A stretch of 64,000 nucleotides of DNA from an uncultured bacterium (GTDB taxonomy: Bacteria; Babelota; Babeliae; Babelales; RVW-14): NCBI GenBank assembly GCA_903825355.1, contig CAIKAH010000002.1, forward strand, positions 15,359-79,358, given 5' to 3'. Numbering within the stretch: the first letter of the stretch is position 1; each line of letters starts with the position of its first letter. Shown here one piece after another: positions 39,901 to 46,082 of this stretch. Under the pieces are notes generated by a model. The model was not told the origin of the DNA, made no database searches, and saw only the letters and a program-made list of their open reading frames with translations. Position numbers and translations under genes: made by a program.

Positions 39901-40787
39901 AACCAAGAGTGCATAAAGAGCATCTGAGGATGCTAGTTGATTTTGAGCGGCTACTGCCATCATTCAAGGCAGTGTTTAACCAGTATTTCTGTTCTAATTA
40001 TGTTAGCCGCGATGCTTTGAGAGAATTTCACCGAACCATCAGATCTTTCTCCACTGATCGTGACACACAAGGTACGGGCCAAGGTGACCCGGCTGAAATG
40101 TTTGATATATTATTTGCTCGATTGGGAAGTATCAAAGAATATCCTGATCCTGTAGTAGTTCGTGGTGAATCTAGAGCAACCTGTAACAATGATAGATGTA
40201 GTCTCAGAAATCTGGAAATGATCGGAAGGCCAGAAGATCAGCCCCAGCCTTCGGTGCATTTATCCATCGAGGACGGAACAACAGCAGTACCTGTCTCTCA
40301 ATTGATTGAAAATTATGAACAAGAAGAAAAAGCACTTGATTATTATTGCCAAGAAAAAACTTGCCGTCCTAATGAAGAAAAAAGATTCGCTGGCTTTATT
40401 AGCCAGACGCAATCCAAGAAACTAACGATTATTTCAGAATGTTCTGTGATGCCTTTTTACATAAAGCGAACGCATTACGAGGCTCCTAAAATTGAGACCC
40501 CAATTGTGCTTGAAGGTGAAATTATAATTAATCATCAACGCTATCGACTTGCTGCTATTGGTGACCATGGAGGGGGCGCCAATGGAGGACACTGGCAAGC
40601 ACGTAAAAAGAACTTGCTGCAATGGGATATAGCCTCTGATAGGTTCGTACTACACAAAGAACAATGGGAAAATTGCAGTGATGCCGTTGTTCAGAATATT
40701 CATTCACCGCAGGGAAGCAACAGCTCAAGTGCAACATTGCTGATGTACGAGTTGGTACCTGGTACCGATAGAAGGGATCGCAAATAG
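30951..40787 (+). CDS. Giant 3278-aa secreted protein: coiled-coil N-terminus, J-domain, C-terminal USP (peptidase C19) deubiquitinase domain
   Basis: Signal peptide; A/E/K-rich coiled coil; HPDK J-domain at about 39372-39545; Cys box GLANTSGNDCFINTMLQC, QGDPAEMF, His box HGGGANGGHW. Confidence 0.9.
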   Translation: MLMNIACLIFSIFLMPHAMYGAGSYRQYDVLAFENAIKSANLTTLDQLLSAVNTSSMVESSLKPALRTKIAQQKDALKAAAAKASSTATAAATRGADTEKSAKELKAKIEKSKMALSGKSTSADAMRTKAYDQAISDLEGIATQAASTTDETTFQKLQEGILAAQRAVAEAEKDAEKQEKEEEAATQNAAAVQAFLNQKKVGVDAEEREVAQTFTAAKDQFDTVKERFEKEVEKSKAKKAQEEAVKKQAEAAAAAKKAAAEAKAEEARRVAAEALAAAQKIAAEKAAQEAVAAKQKEAQAKEEAARYNDQLGKQAEAMGKLQEEWLKAGEDGAVEKVLADALVGAVVEKAYEGGALDEARAVQVKLADLEREGFMVADEAVQVELKRQFVANLIDADSVSLNDLATFILGSADEQDRALVQKAQALARLAAGGKPDSTELVPDEKEVRKNVLDILPEAYKLKKKREILKARFEDQDLSEQEINKVKLRLALKAQAMTNEVARGGVYEELASRIRGFEGVDKKKQDLLIIKTLLGGDDRVAAALKEAKAALLTDKQKQVFEDSELLKLKNAIDKKYSDLKKKIEDQHAAEEAKKALYEQHKLLTEELNQLVAAYPEQTKKLDAVFKERTEYIMPADELEALLKAYVEGMWKLNAGSTATAPELSNKDLLAIEMSSEYKSLNNKDTGLLSQWKAQAGTGEEGIIQARAAAKQALQSAGEAEKKAYQLALLKLEQHIEQLEFAAEHAEGASHTKKRTFDSNQMFVEKQDLFDQRLYVAALLRLWLEQQGRNNANFLPWVEKLDAGDLSLDQLEDPYGAKIKNVCSGEAASVASEVDTALFFIRKLIATTHDILRLYGTGGAESVEEFLMHYQGTYGALRQNDEEKYSKLLVDLKRGIQQKIDLVNAHQASLAGSAVAGRDLKEENARKNKLAKMAEQLAAYKKGIDDINAHLAGISKNIPSTHLVAQQEEYRGLLLNYLQASQEVFLLAYECGKRNEMLKLKAAIGLKEKELAKVTSALPEEGEAVEEANEPSAEVLEQKAKAAALAAANQQQAQLWQNELVDTIESMRMEGAVKAAIQQASGNQMKQISNVTSAFNFTLGDFDAFLQVVTNAQLSDGRMSRFKDCDDELFALNIDRNERDSAYMNSFPLLRDAENILTVPYVDRHGLPLAVMVKKSLTSVLGYKQSQLQESTITLLSQFAYTIFLPTIKKLYDTVYLEKASGSPIRASLVTIARFIKDVVSIDRVRKYVPIDYLNYLRDMAFHPWICCSAAMIEGASLDSAGIIPYLSNFEQEQDVTNAAKKIEAKFEKMLAALEGQAAKFRVDTKLQSLPGSYCKMLAAHLAPVFTLKVQGAADLLEQFKQKMHDVFDKVNKANNYTNAQAEYTQGLKDLHKFYNNLTPADAKRAFVIGRNRQRYSYHQIIDALEGAWELLNSSMHLSEKQQIFSQNEVLSNLGFNLFDDRAEEFIRSNISDDGRYRTYELFDVAVREFFAHLLEKFSWNRSALSEKKKQAEFERENKEKAATFIALKLHEYCQAAESSIVDLLNILAAKKVDMSEEAGITADEEKAFWDKLCYDILTQIVLAAFPPVGKAPQKEEPVVASLFDPLRKIGTIAENNFNPALNALYPQLEGAWKEASSLANIEATNKLLMHLAVAQHPLYGFENFVDEFKPLGGATDAVVVQSYKWKNAPDDFSQVEWAPKTENAGLKLSDLARNWANSPWNTTASFKALFAQQSTTTGKNGPNSVKDFLVEMGQMVAFFPHELAVLMAGGSVDELHQQSLFVDNKLNIELMRKYADVRERLLNAVDQFIDQVLFKSGQLLQKRLGFTMDNATASLLCQKGSGDVLYKCFAANDLNQPLIGALGNILYCKDEEAWKTPFAADRKNLGMLLLYFILNIHIDKYEYKQPLDNEIKNVIKEIIDLEHFPAKATETEKDIKELDKDLYASQNRPFILFSFTKYFLASCIDDRLIERSVNPDNVVTISDEQRAIPANGKYVLLRKNVFGSGNDKKGRVTYDALAGCSDEQKALFDTDQNLNKYKPLFEICSKQEYAYDALIMATDDQKKAAIKALIPELEKCLPELRKELQQILVQKINAKKEAVRIGAPGAKPLVKLLDQETGLQNVLAKYTEVLTALSNAVQEETRAEFAKEIRAKNKNFVELITNNTKKLGDAFLFNLREFTEANNFKVFFGNLTENNQAFMEIRKIAEWLRPHVAGLVFDQKSIYQSTLALYRRVSSADKTPPTPLASLSHDRKTVEYPPFMQHLEASKQSFSIEHGVGRRARTTVITDHAILEIMSEKITKPLLYLMRYHLLPWSAHYNSPCMTEEQVAQICRVDRAAYEHFLSRKAASGKDDSEASAEDALASSARGSSRRGGNTSAQKGADAFQAALMNLVDKKATSALHKNPEKAGATGGALALPGATGSERLIVLQKPNGAAVATRVAVAPSTKVTIDKGKGSNLEVAVPAFASVELRKAAEKDQQAVAAVQKSELEKIFAARKKEAEDSLAVAVQGGTEEEEPQAAAHGAAMITGKLAGEIRRARSSAEKAKLLQEASYGEIEPIYAYELIKDALEMPGVEHASVESLLSVLAVKGVPISTVLSHTHEDMHGRTALARIAMKSAYVLPEVVACLVGWGLNVNTAIISEGTEPNFGELVATSSVSDLYDYNKVYALFNCDANDFIRGSLTQDALQTWGANLLKNAQKVFVDCLEMLSAYDKDPEKHPSMNSGALEALLVRMQEFVVKAQLVEWLNKKAPIGDKNISPASVIESLSAERFDMFKQQVKAFIAAGEEEPFVSQFVDNAHVSDDEVSAALAVLGVGQDADWDAIRARYRALALSEHPDKVSGSEAAKAAATEEFQKIAAAYEVLKLKHNPREVAPSDEVDEDEDGADVERKRAESPTRGGDGRPVQTFVDYFDPEAAATPKEASPGLANTSGNDCFINTMLQCVFSSPELVNYIHSVVNDSEIKERVDERKRNLIHANRDFTEAEPRVHKEHLRMLVDFERLLPSFKAVFNQYFCSNYVSRDALREFHRTIRSFSTDRDTQGTGQGDPAEMFDILFARLGSIKEYPDPVVVRGESRATCNNDRCSLRNLEMIGRPEDQPQPSVHLSIEDGTTAVPVSQLIENYEQEEKALDYYCQEKTCRPNEEKRFAGFISQTQSKKLTIISECSVMPFYIKRTHYEAPKIETPIVLEGEIIINHQRYRLAAIGDHGGGANGGHWQARKKNLLQWDIASDRFVLHKEQWENCSDAVVQNIHSPQGSNSSSATLLMYELVPGTDRRDRK

Positions 40788-40804
40788 TTAGCGCTTAACA
40801 AATT

Positions 40805-40847
40805 AAAAAGGCCGCGTAAGAGATTAAACTCCACGCGGCCTTTTTTT
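40805..40847 (+). terminator. Rho-independent terminator
   Basis: AAAAAGGCCGCGT...ACGCGGCCTTTTTTT directly after the giant gene. Confidence 0.85.
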
Positions 40848-40990
40848 CTGTAGCAAAAAATTATCCCCGTCCGATTCCTGATTCTTCAGGCAAGGGGAAA
40901 AGGCATCCCAGCCAGGGCTTGTTGTATTTGCCGCATATTCCATGGTAAGCTTGCCGGGGTATGGTGAGGTAAGAAAATTGAGGGGCTGCG

Positions 40991-42595
40991 ATGCAAAAAA
41001 TTTGTTTAGATCTGAAAGAGTTCAAAACAATCCGCCAGCAAGGAGGGTTGTACGTTGACAAGACAAAGTATATCTATGAAATTTTTGGTAACGGCTCGTA
41101 TTTTTTTCTTGCTCGTCCCCGTCGTTTTGGTAAATCATTGCTCTGTGCCACGTTAGCAGAATTGTTTGCAGGTAACCGCCATCTTTTTAAAGGCTTGTGG
41201 ATTGATGGCAGTGATTGGGCGTGGAAAAAGCATCCGGTTATTCGCTTGGATATGAGCAAGGCGGCTTCGCCTGTAGCAACACCAGAAGAAGTTCGCGGCT
41301 ATATGGTAGATTTGCTCAACAGCAGCGCAAAGCATCTTGGACTACCTGCAAACACCCTCAGGCAGGGTACACCAATGGCAATGCTGAGTGATTTAATTGC
41401 GCAGGCTAAAGAAGCTTTTGGTGAGCAGGTGGTGGTTATCATCGATGAATACGATAAACCACTGCTTGATGTGATTCAAGATCGCTCTCGCTATACGGCA
41501 ATTCAAGAGGAGTTGAGCGCTTTTTATAGTCAGCTCAAGCCGGCCGAAGAAGATATCAGGTGTGTGTTGATTACGGGCGTATTTAAGTTTACTAAAACCT
41601 CAATATTTTCTGGCCTTAATAATTTGAATGATATCACCTTTAAGCCGAGGGCTGCAGCATTATTGGGGTACACAGAGCAAGAGATTAGAGCGGTTTTTGC
41701 AGACCATCTAGCTGCGGTGGCTGCTGCGTATAAAAAAACGGTCGACGAAATGATGCTTGTCCTTCGTGACAGGTATAACGGGTATTTTTTTGGCGTGAAT
41801 TTGGCAAGTAATGAACTTTCTGCTGGGGTGTATAATCCATATGCTATGAATTATGTTTTTGCAGAGCAGCAGCAGCTAGACCGGTGGTTTAGTTCAGGCT
41901 CGCCGTCAGCCTTAATTAAAAAATTAACCAGCGAACAATTTGAAGCGCTAGAGCCAGCGCGTTTGACAATGTCTTTTTCAGCATTAGAAACATCATGCAG
42001 CCCAGATGATATGACTGCATTGAGTATGTTGTACTATGCTGGGTATCTGACGCTTAAGCACTGCTTTAATAAAAAAGTGACGCTTGGCTTTCCTAATGCA
42101 GAGGTGGCAGGTGCATTTTCAGATGCCTTACTGCCTGCGTTACTGCAAAAAAGTGTTTTTTTTGTTGCGGGGCTTATTGATGAAATACACGACCTGTTTT
42201 GCCAAGAGCGCTTAGATGATTTGAAACAGCTCCTCAATGACGCCCTGGCGCCTGTAGCTTATCCAGTACTAGCACAGCCAGCTGCAAGCGCAGAGCTGCT
42301 GCCAGAGCGCGTGTACCAAATAGCATTTTATTACTTATTTATTGCGAGCAAAATGCCTACAACGTTAGAGGATATGACTAATCGTGGCCGCATTGATATT
42401 GTCGTAGAAGGGCCTCGGTCATTTTATATTTTTGAGCTTAAAATCAATGAGCCAGCGTCAGTAGCGATTGCCCAAATTAAAGAAAAAGAGTACACGGCAA
42501 AGTTTCGGCACAAGGGTAAACAGCTTTATGCCGTTGGCATCTCGATAGACACAGCAAAGCGCTCAGTGGCAGAGCTGATGTGGGAACGTTTTTAG
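40991..42595 (+). CDS. AAA-ATPase-like domain plus PD-(D/E)XK nuclease (PDDEXK_9) protein
   Basis: YVDKT, RPRRFGKSL, IIDEYDKP, NGY.F, YNP; C-terminal GRIDIVV...IFELK. Confidence 0.9.
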   Translation: MQKICLDLKEFKTIRQQGGLYVDKTKYIYEIFGNGSYFFLARPRRFGKSLLCATLAELFAGNRHLFKGLWIDGSDWAWKKHPVIRLDMSKAASPVATPEEVRGYMVDLLNSSAKHLGLPANTLRQGTPMAMLSDLIAQAKEAFGEQVVVIIDEYDKPLLDVIQDRSRYTAIQEELSAFYSQLKPAEEDIRCVLITGVFKFTKTSIFSGLNNLNDITFKPRAAALLGYTEQEIRAVFADHLAAVAAAYKKTVDEMMLVLRDRYNGYFFGVNLASNELSAGVYNPYAMNYVFAEQQQLDRWFSSGSPSALIKKLTSEQFEALEPARLTMSFSALETSCSPDDMTALSMLYYAGYLTLKHCFNKKVTLGFPNAEVAGAFSDALLPALLQKSVFFVAGLIDEIHDLFCQERLDDLKQLLNDALAPVAYPVLAQPAASAELLPERVYQIAFYYLFIASKMPTTLEDMTNRGRIDIVVEGPRSFYIFELKINEPASVAIAQIKEKEYTAKFRHKGKQLYAVGISIDTAKRSVAELMWERF

Positions 42596-42624
42596 CTGTT
42601 CAAAAAATAGAACATAATCGAATG

Positions 42625-42882
42625 TTAGGCGTGTCCAATGCCTGAAGAATCTGGGAGGCGGAAAAAGTCATCCCATACCTCTTCGTAATACTCTTCATAC
42701 TCATCTTCTTCTGCGTAGAAAAAGACTGGGTCATAGCTAGGCTCGTAGATGGCTTCGTACTCGGTGGAATAGGTACAGAGGAGGGGTCCGCTCTTCCACC
42801 CCTGCGGGGCGTGGTTCGACTGGCTCACCAGGAGCGGGAGGGTGCAAATGATCGGATTTTGTAGGTCAGATGGTGTGTTCAT
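42625..42882 (-). CDS. Possible small acidic Tyr/Glu-rich protein containing a palindromic element
   Basis: 85-aa ORF; biased C-terminus YAEEDEYEEYYEEVWDDFF; N-terminal third is the repeat read in-frame. Confidence 0.3.
   Translation of the reverse strand: MNTPSDLQNPIICTLPLLVSQSNHAPQGWKSGPLLCTYSTEYEAIYEPSYDPVFFYAEEDEYEEYYEEVWDDFFRLPDSSGIGHA
42788..42837 (+). repeat. Structured palindromic element, TGGT/ACCA variant
   Basis: CCGCTCTTCCACCCC-tgc-GGGGCGTGGTTCGACTGGCTCACCAGGAGCGG. Confidence 0.9.
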
Positions 42883-42992
42883 AAAGTGCCTAAATCGAGC
42901 GTGCTAATCAGTTCGTGTAAGAGAAATATACCGCCCAATTTGGTTTTATCAATCAAAAAATACAAAATAATTAAATTCATTCAAGTAGAATT

Positions 42993-43048
42993 TATTTTAT
43001 CTGTTCAACCCGGTTTAAAAATACTTTTAGTCGACGATAATCGTTGCC
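42993..43048. repeat. 56-bp direct repeat, copy 1 (duplicate of 3' end of gene 44286..45041)
   Basis: TATTTTATCTGTTCAACCCGGTTTAAAAATACTTTTAGTCGACGATAATCGTTGCC; 2 mismatches to 44287..44342. Confidence 0.9.
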
Positions 43049-43055
43049 CGAGAAC

Positions 43056-44192
43056 CTATAGCGGCTGGGCGCCTTCTTGCAGCAAATCTAGATATTTTTT
43101 ATATACAAATTGTCGGTTGCGCTTGCTTCCTGTTTGTTCAGTTAATATGCCTGCCGCAACAAGCTCTTTAAGTACACTGTTAGCGGTAGGGAATGAGATT
43201 GCTAAGCGCTGAGCGAGTGCCGTAGCTGAAGTGAGGGGGTATTGTGGTAATGTTTCAAATGCATGCAATACGGTTGCGCGGACGTTTTGGGCAAAAAGCT
43301 CTTTCTTGTCCTGCTCAATGCATTGGACTAAGCTTGTAATACGCTGGCTAGCATCTTGTGCTGCTTGCAGCGTCGCATTAAGAAAAAAAGTAATCCACTG
43401 CTCATAATCGCCTTGTTCACGTACCATCATAAGTCGATCGTAATACTCCTGCCGTGCGCGTTTAAAATGGTAGCTGATATAGAGCACTGGGTCAGTAATA
43501 ACCTGTTTCCACTGTAAATAAAAGATAATGAGCAGCCTGCCAATACGGCCATTGCCATCGAGGAATGGGTGGATAGTTTCGAATTGGTAGTGCATAAGGG
43601 CGGCCGCAATTAGTGGATGCTCCGTTGCTTGATGCATATACATTTCAAGATTGCCCATTAATGGCAGAAGCTCTTCTGGAGGGGGCGGTACATAAGCTGC
43701 TTGCTCTAGGCTGCAGCCAGCAAAACCAATCCAATTTTGTGAGCGACGAAATTCGCCAGGCGTTTTATCGCCGCCTCGCACTCCCTGCATTAAAATACTA
43801 TGGAGTTCTTTAATAAGTCTAATCGAAAGTGGAATGGTAGCCAGGCGGCTATTGCCATAGTTAAGGGCGTGAATGTAATTTACTACTTGTTGTACATCGT
43901 TTACATGTGCCGGGACTATACCTTGTTCAAACGAGAGTAAACTTTCTAGCGACGCCTGTGTTCCTTCAATTTGGGAACTAAGTAGAGCTTCCCGTTTGAC
44001 GTACATTGCCAAATACAAGTCTTTATTAGGTAAAACATGCGCTTTTGTATTTAGCTCGTGTAGAATTTTTACGGTTTTATCCAGGAGTTCTTGTAACGAG
44101 GGTGTAATGAAAAGTGATGGAGGAAGGGGCGTTGGGATAAACGCCTTATACCCTTTGAGTTGTGATCGGTAGTGGCCTGAACGGGGAATCAT
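43056..44192 (-). CDS. Fic family protein (N-terminal Fic/DOC, C-terminal HTH)
   Basis: EALLSSQIEGT; HYQFETIHPFLDGNGRIGR canonical Fic motif. Confidence 0.95.
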   Translation of the reverse strand: MIPRSGHYRSQLKGYKAFIPTPLPPSLFITPSLQELLDKTVKILHELNTKAHVLPNKDLYLAMYVKREALLSSQIEGTQASLESLLSFEQGIVPAHVNDVQQVVNYIHALNYGNSRLATIPLSIRLIKELHSILMQGVRGGDKTPGEFRRSQNWIGFAGCSLEQAAYVPPPPEELLPLMGNLEMYMHQATEHPLIAAALMHYQFETIHPFLDGNGRIGRLLIIFYLQWKQVITDPVLYISYHFKRARQEYYDRLMMVREQGDYEQWITFFLNATLQAAQDASQRITSLVQCIEQDKKELFAQNVRATVLHAFETLPQYPLTSATALAQRLAISFPTANSVLKELVAAGILTEQTGSKRNRQFVYKKYLDLLQEGAQPL

Positions 44193-44285
44193 AGTCTGCT
44201 CCTTCGATTTTTAATAAGACTAGCAAAAACTAGTTCTTATTAAAAATATTTTAAATAAAGAGCGGTTTTTATTAAAAATGCTGCC

Positions 44286-45041
44286 CTATTTGATCTGTTC
44301 AACCCGGTTTAAAAATACTTTTAGTCGGCGATAATCGTTGCCAGAGAGCAGGGCAAATCCATGGCTGACTTCTTCCAAAAAGCTGGGTGAGAGGAGATTT
44401 TTGGCCTTAACCGTCCGAATGACGGCGAGGAGCAATTCATCTAGGTTCTGGATCGCGTTAGAAAAGCCGTAGAGTACTTCTAGAAATTGAGCATCAGCAA
44501 AGAATTGTGTAGCGATATCAGTTGATGCTTCGCTAATGAATGCATGAATTTTTGGTGGGTTTGGGGGCACGGCAAAAATGATTTGTTTATTCGCTCTTCT
44601 ACCTCCTTCGGAGGCATCCTTCGACAGGCTCAGGAGGAGCGAATCAGCTGCATCCATATCACCCAGCTCACCAGGAGCGGAGAGTTGCATCGCTCTTCCT
44701 GAGCTTGTCGAAGGACGCGGCTGTAAGCCGTGGAAAAGCGATGCGGGTATATATCCACACGCTTGTACCGTAAACGTTGTTTTTAAAAAAGCAAAAATCT
44801 GTGGCTGCTCGCGTTCAAGTTCTTCTTCCGTTTTCTGGTAAGCGAACGGCGTGCGCGATGGATCCATGGAGCCGGTTTGAATACCGGTAACAAGACCAAG
44901 CACTTGTAGCTCTTTGTCTTGGATGCTAACCAATGAGCCAAAGGTAGGAAATTGTTTCCATTCCCAGCATTGAGCAGTGTAGTGGTCAAGCGAAGATTCG
45001 ATTACTTCAGCAAAAAAGGGATGTTTGTTTTGGCTGGTCAT
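44286..45041 (-). CDS. HAS-barrel-like conserved protein with in-frame palindromic insertion
   Basis: AEVIESS, PTFGSLV, EEELEREQPQIFAFLKT, PPNPPKIH resemble bacterial HAS-barrel proteins (recalled, not searched); about 50 aa internal segment is repeat-derived. Confidence 0.7.
   Translation of the reverse strand: MTSQNKHPFFAEVIESSLDHYTAQCWEWKQFPTFGSLVSIQDKELQVLGLVTGIQTGSMDPSRTPFAYQKTEEELEREQPQIFAFLKTTFTVQACGYIPASLFHGLQPRPSTSSGRAMQLSAPGELGDMDAADSLLLSLSKDASEGGRRANKQIIFAVPPNPPKIHAFISEASTDIATQFFADAQFLEVLYGFSNAIQNLDELLLAVIRTVKAKNLLSPSFLEEVSHGFALLSGNDYRRLKVFLNRVEQIK
44287..44342. repeat. 56-bp direct repeat, copy 2 (the 3' end of the HAS-barrel-like gene)
   Basis: TATTTGATCTGTTCAACCCGGTTTAAAAATACTTTTAGTCGGCGATAATCGTTGCC. 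Confidence 0.9.
44590..44643 (+). repeat. Structured palindromic element, intragenic
   Basis: TTCGCTCTTCTACCTCC-ttc-GGAGGCATCCTTCGACAGGCTCAGGAGGAGCGAA. Confidence 0.9.
44687..44744 (-). repeat. Structured palindromic element, intragenic, inverted partner of 44590 copy; partial third copy at 44664-44680
   Basis: GCATCGCTCTTCCTGAGCTTGTCGAAGGACGCGGCT-gta-AGCCGTGGAAAAGCGATGC. Confidence 0.9.
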
Positions 45042-45702
45042 GGGGCTCTACAAAGTTTTTAATAAAGGTTGTTCGATGAATGGCACAGGGTCCGTGCTCT
45101 TTGAGCGCTGCAATATGTTCGGCAGTACCGTACCCTTTGTTTTGCATAAAGTTATAGGCTGGAAATTGTGCTGAAAGCTCTTCCATCAATCGGTCGCGTG
45201 TTACTTTTGCAACAATTGAGGCCGCTGCAATAGAAGGGGAGAGCGATTCGCCATAGTTAAAATAATGGCATTCTAGGCCTGTAGGCTTTTCTTCAGCAGC
45301 AATTTTGAGCGGCATGGCATCTACCAGGACATATTTAAGCAGTGCGGGGTCGCATGGTAATGTTTGCATCAGATTCAGGTAGGCATGCTTCATGGTGAGT
45401 AGCGTTGCTTGGTAAATATTTATCGTATCAATGGTCTTGTGATCAGCAACTGCAGTTGTCCATGCGCAGTGCTCAGTAATCCAGGAAAATGCTTTTTCGC
45501 GCTGTGCTTTGGTCATTATTTTTGAGTCTTTGAGCATTGGCTGGTTGGTGTATAACGGCAGTATGACTGCACCTACGACTACCGGGCCGGCAAGGCACCC
45601 ACGGCCAGCTTCATCAATACCCATAGCACGTTTTTGCGTGGCCCAGGCTTGCGTTTCAAAGTATAATTTTTTTGGCGATTCTACGCTTCTATTCATATTC
45701 AT
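45007..45702 (-). CDS. rnhB: Ribonuclease HII
   Basis: GIDEAGRGCLAGPVV, LKDSK, VLVDA, SIAAASIVAKVTRD, NKGYGT; start reset to ATG 45702 because the ORF-track extension to 45795 is repeat and GIY-YIG sequence. Confidence 0.95.
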   Translation of the reverse strand: MNMNRSVESPKKLYFETQAWATQKRAMGIDEAGRGCLAGPVVVGAVILPLYTNQPMLKDSKIMTKAQREKAFSWITEHCAWTTAVADHKTIDTINIYQATLLTMKHAYLNLMQTLPCDPALLKYVLVDAMPLKIAAEEKPTGLECHYFNYGESLSPSIAAASIVAKVTRDRLMEELSAQFPAYNFMQNKGYGTAEHIAALKEHGPCAIHRTTFIKNFVEPHDQPKQTSLFC

Positions 45703-45726
45703 GTAAGCAACTAGTTTGTTAAGTCC

Positions 45727-45776
45727 CCGCTCACCCTGAGCTTGTCGAAGGGCGCCCCGTAGGGGTGGAAGAGCGG
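45727..45776 (-). repeat. Structured palindromic element overlapping GIY-YIG 3' end and providing its TGA
   Basis: CCGCTCACCCTGAGCTTGTCGAAGGGCGCCCC-gta-GGGGTGGAAGAGCGG. Confidence 0.95.
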
Positions 45777-46060
45777 GTATTATAAGTTTTTGCAAATGTA
45801 CTAATATCTTGCCATTTACCTTCTATAAGAGCACGTTTTTTGCTTCTACTCCATCCCTTTATTTGTCTTTCTGCTTGAAAAGCTTCATTGCGTGAAGGCA
45901 TAAGTTGCTGAAAAACTAATTGAACAGGCCGTCTACTTGCAGTCCAACAGTACTGAAAAGCCACGACATTATGCTCAGCAATTCTTTTACGCATATCATC
46001 AGTGTGCCCTACATAAAAAGAGCCATCGCTGCACTCAAGAATATAAACTGAAAATTTCAT
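45731..46060 (-). CDS. Stand-alone GIY-YIG nuclease (UPF0213-like)
   Basis: VYILECSDGSFYVGHT..MRKRIAEHN, RRPVQLV, EAFQAERQIKGWSRSKKRAL. Confidence 0.95.
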   Translation of the reverse strand: MKFSVYILECSDGSFYVGHTDDMRKRIAEHNVVAFQYCWTASRRPVQLVFQQLMPSRNEAFQAERQIKGWSRSKKRALIEGKWQDISTFAKTYNTRSSTPTGRPSTSSG

Positions 46061-46082
46061 TATAATTCATCGATAACAGGAG

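Noticed and set aside
40861-42660. Similar short CCTGA-N4-TCAGG hairpins on either side of the AAA/PD-(D/E)XK gene as element ends
   Set aside because: Only about 25 bp of partial identity with differing loops; chance cannot be excluded
42886-43212. 108-aa plus-strand ORF and the many other short antisense ORFs in the track
   Set aside because: Overlap well-supported genes on the opposite strand or in another frame and show no recognisable motifs
45703-45795. N-terminal extension of RNase HII in the ORF track
   Set aside because: Overlaps the GIY-YIG 3' end and the repeat; ATGs at 45702/45696 give a normal-length enzyme
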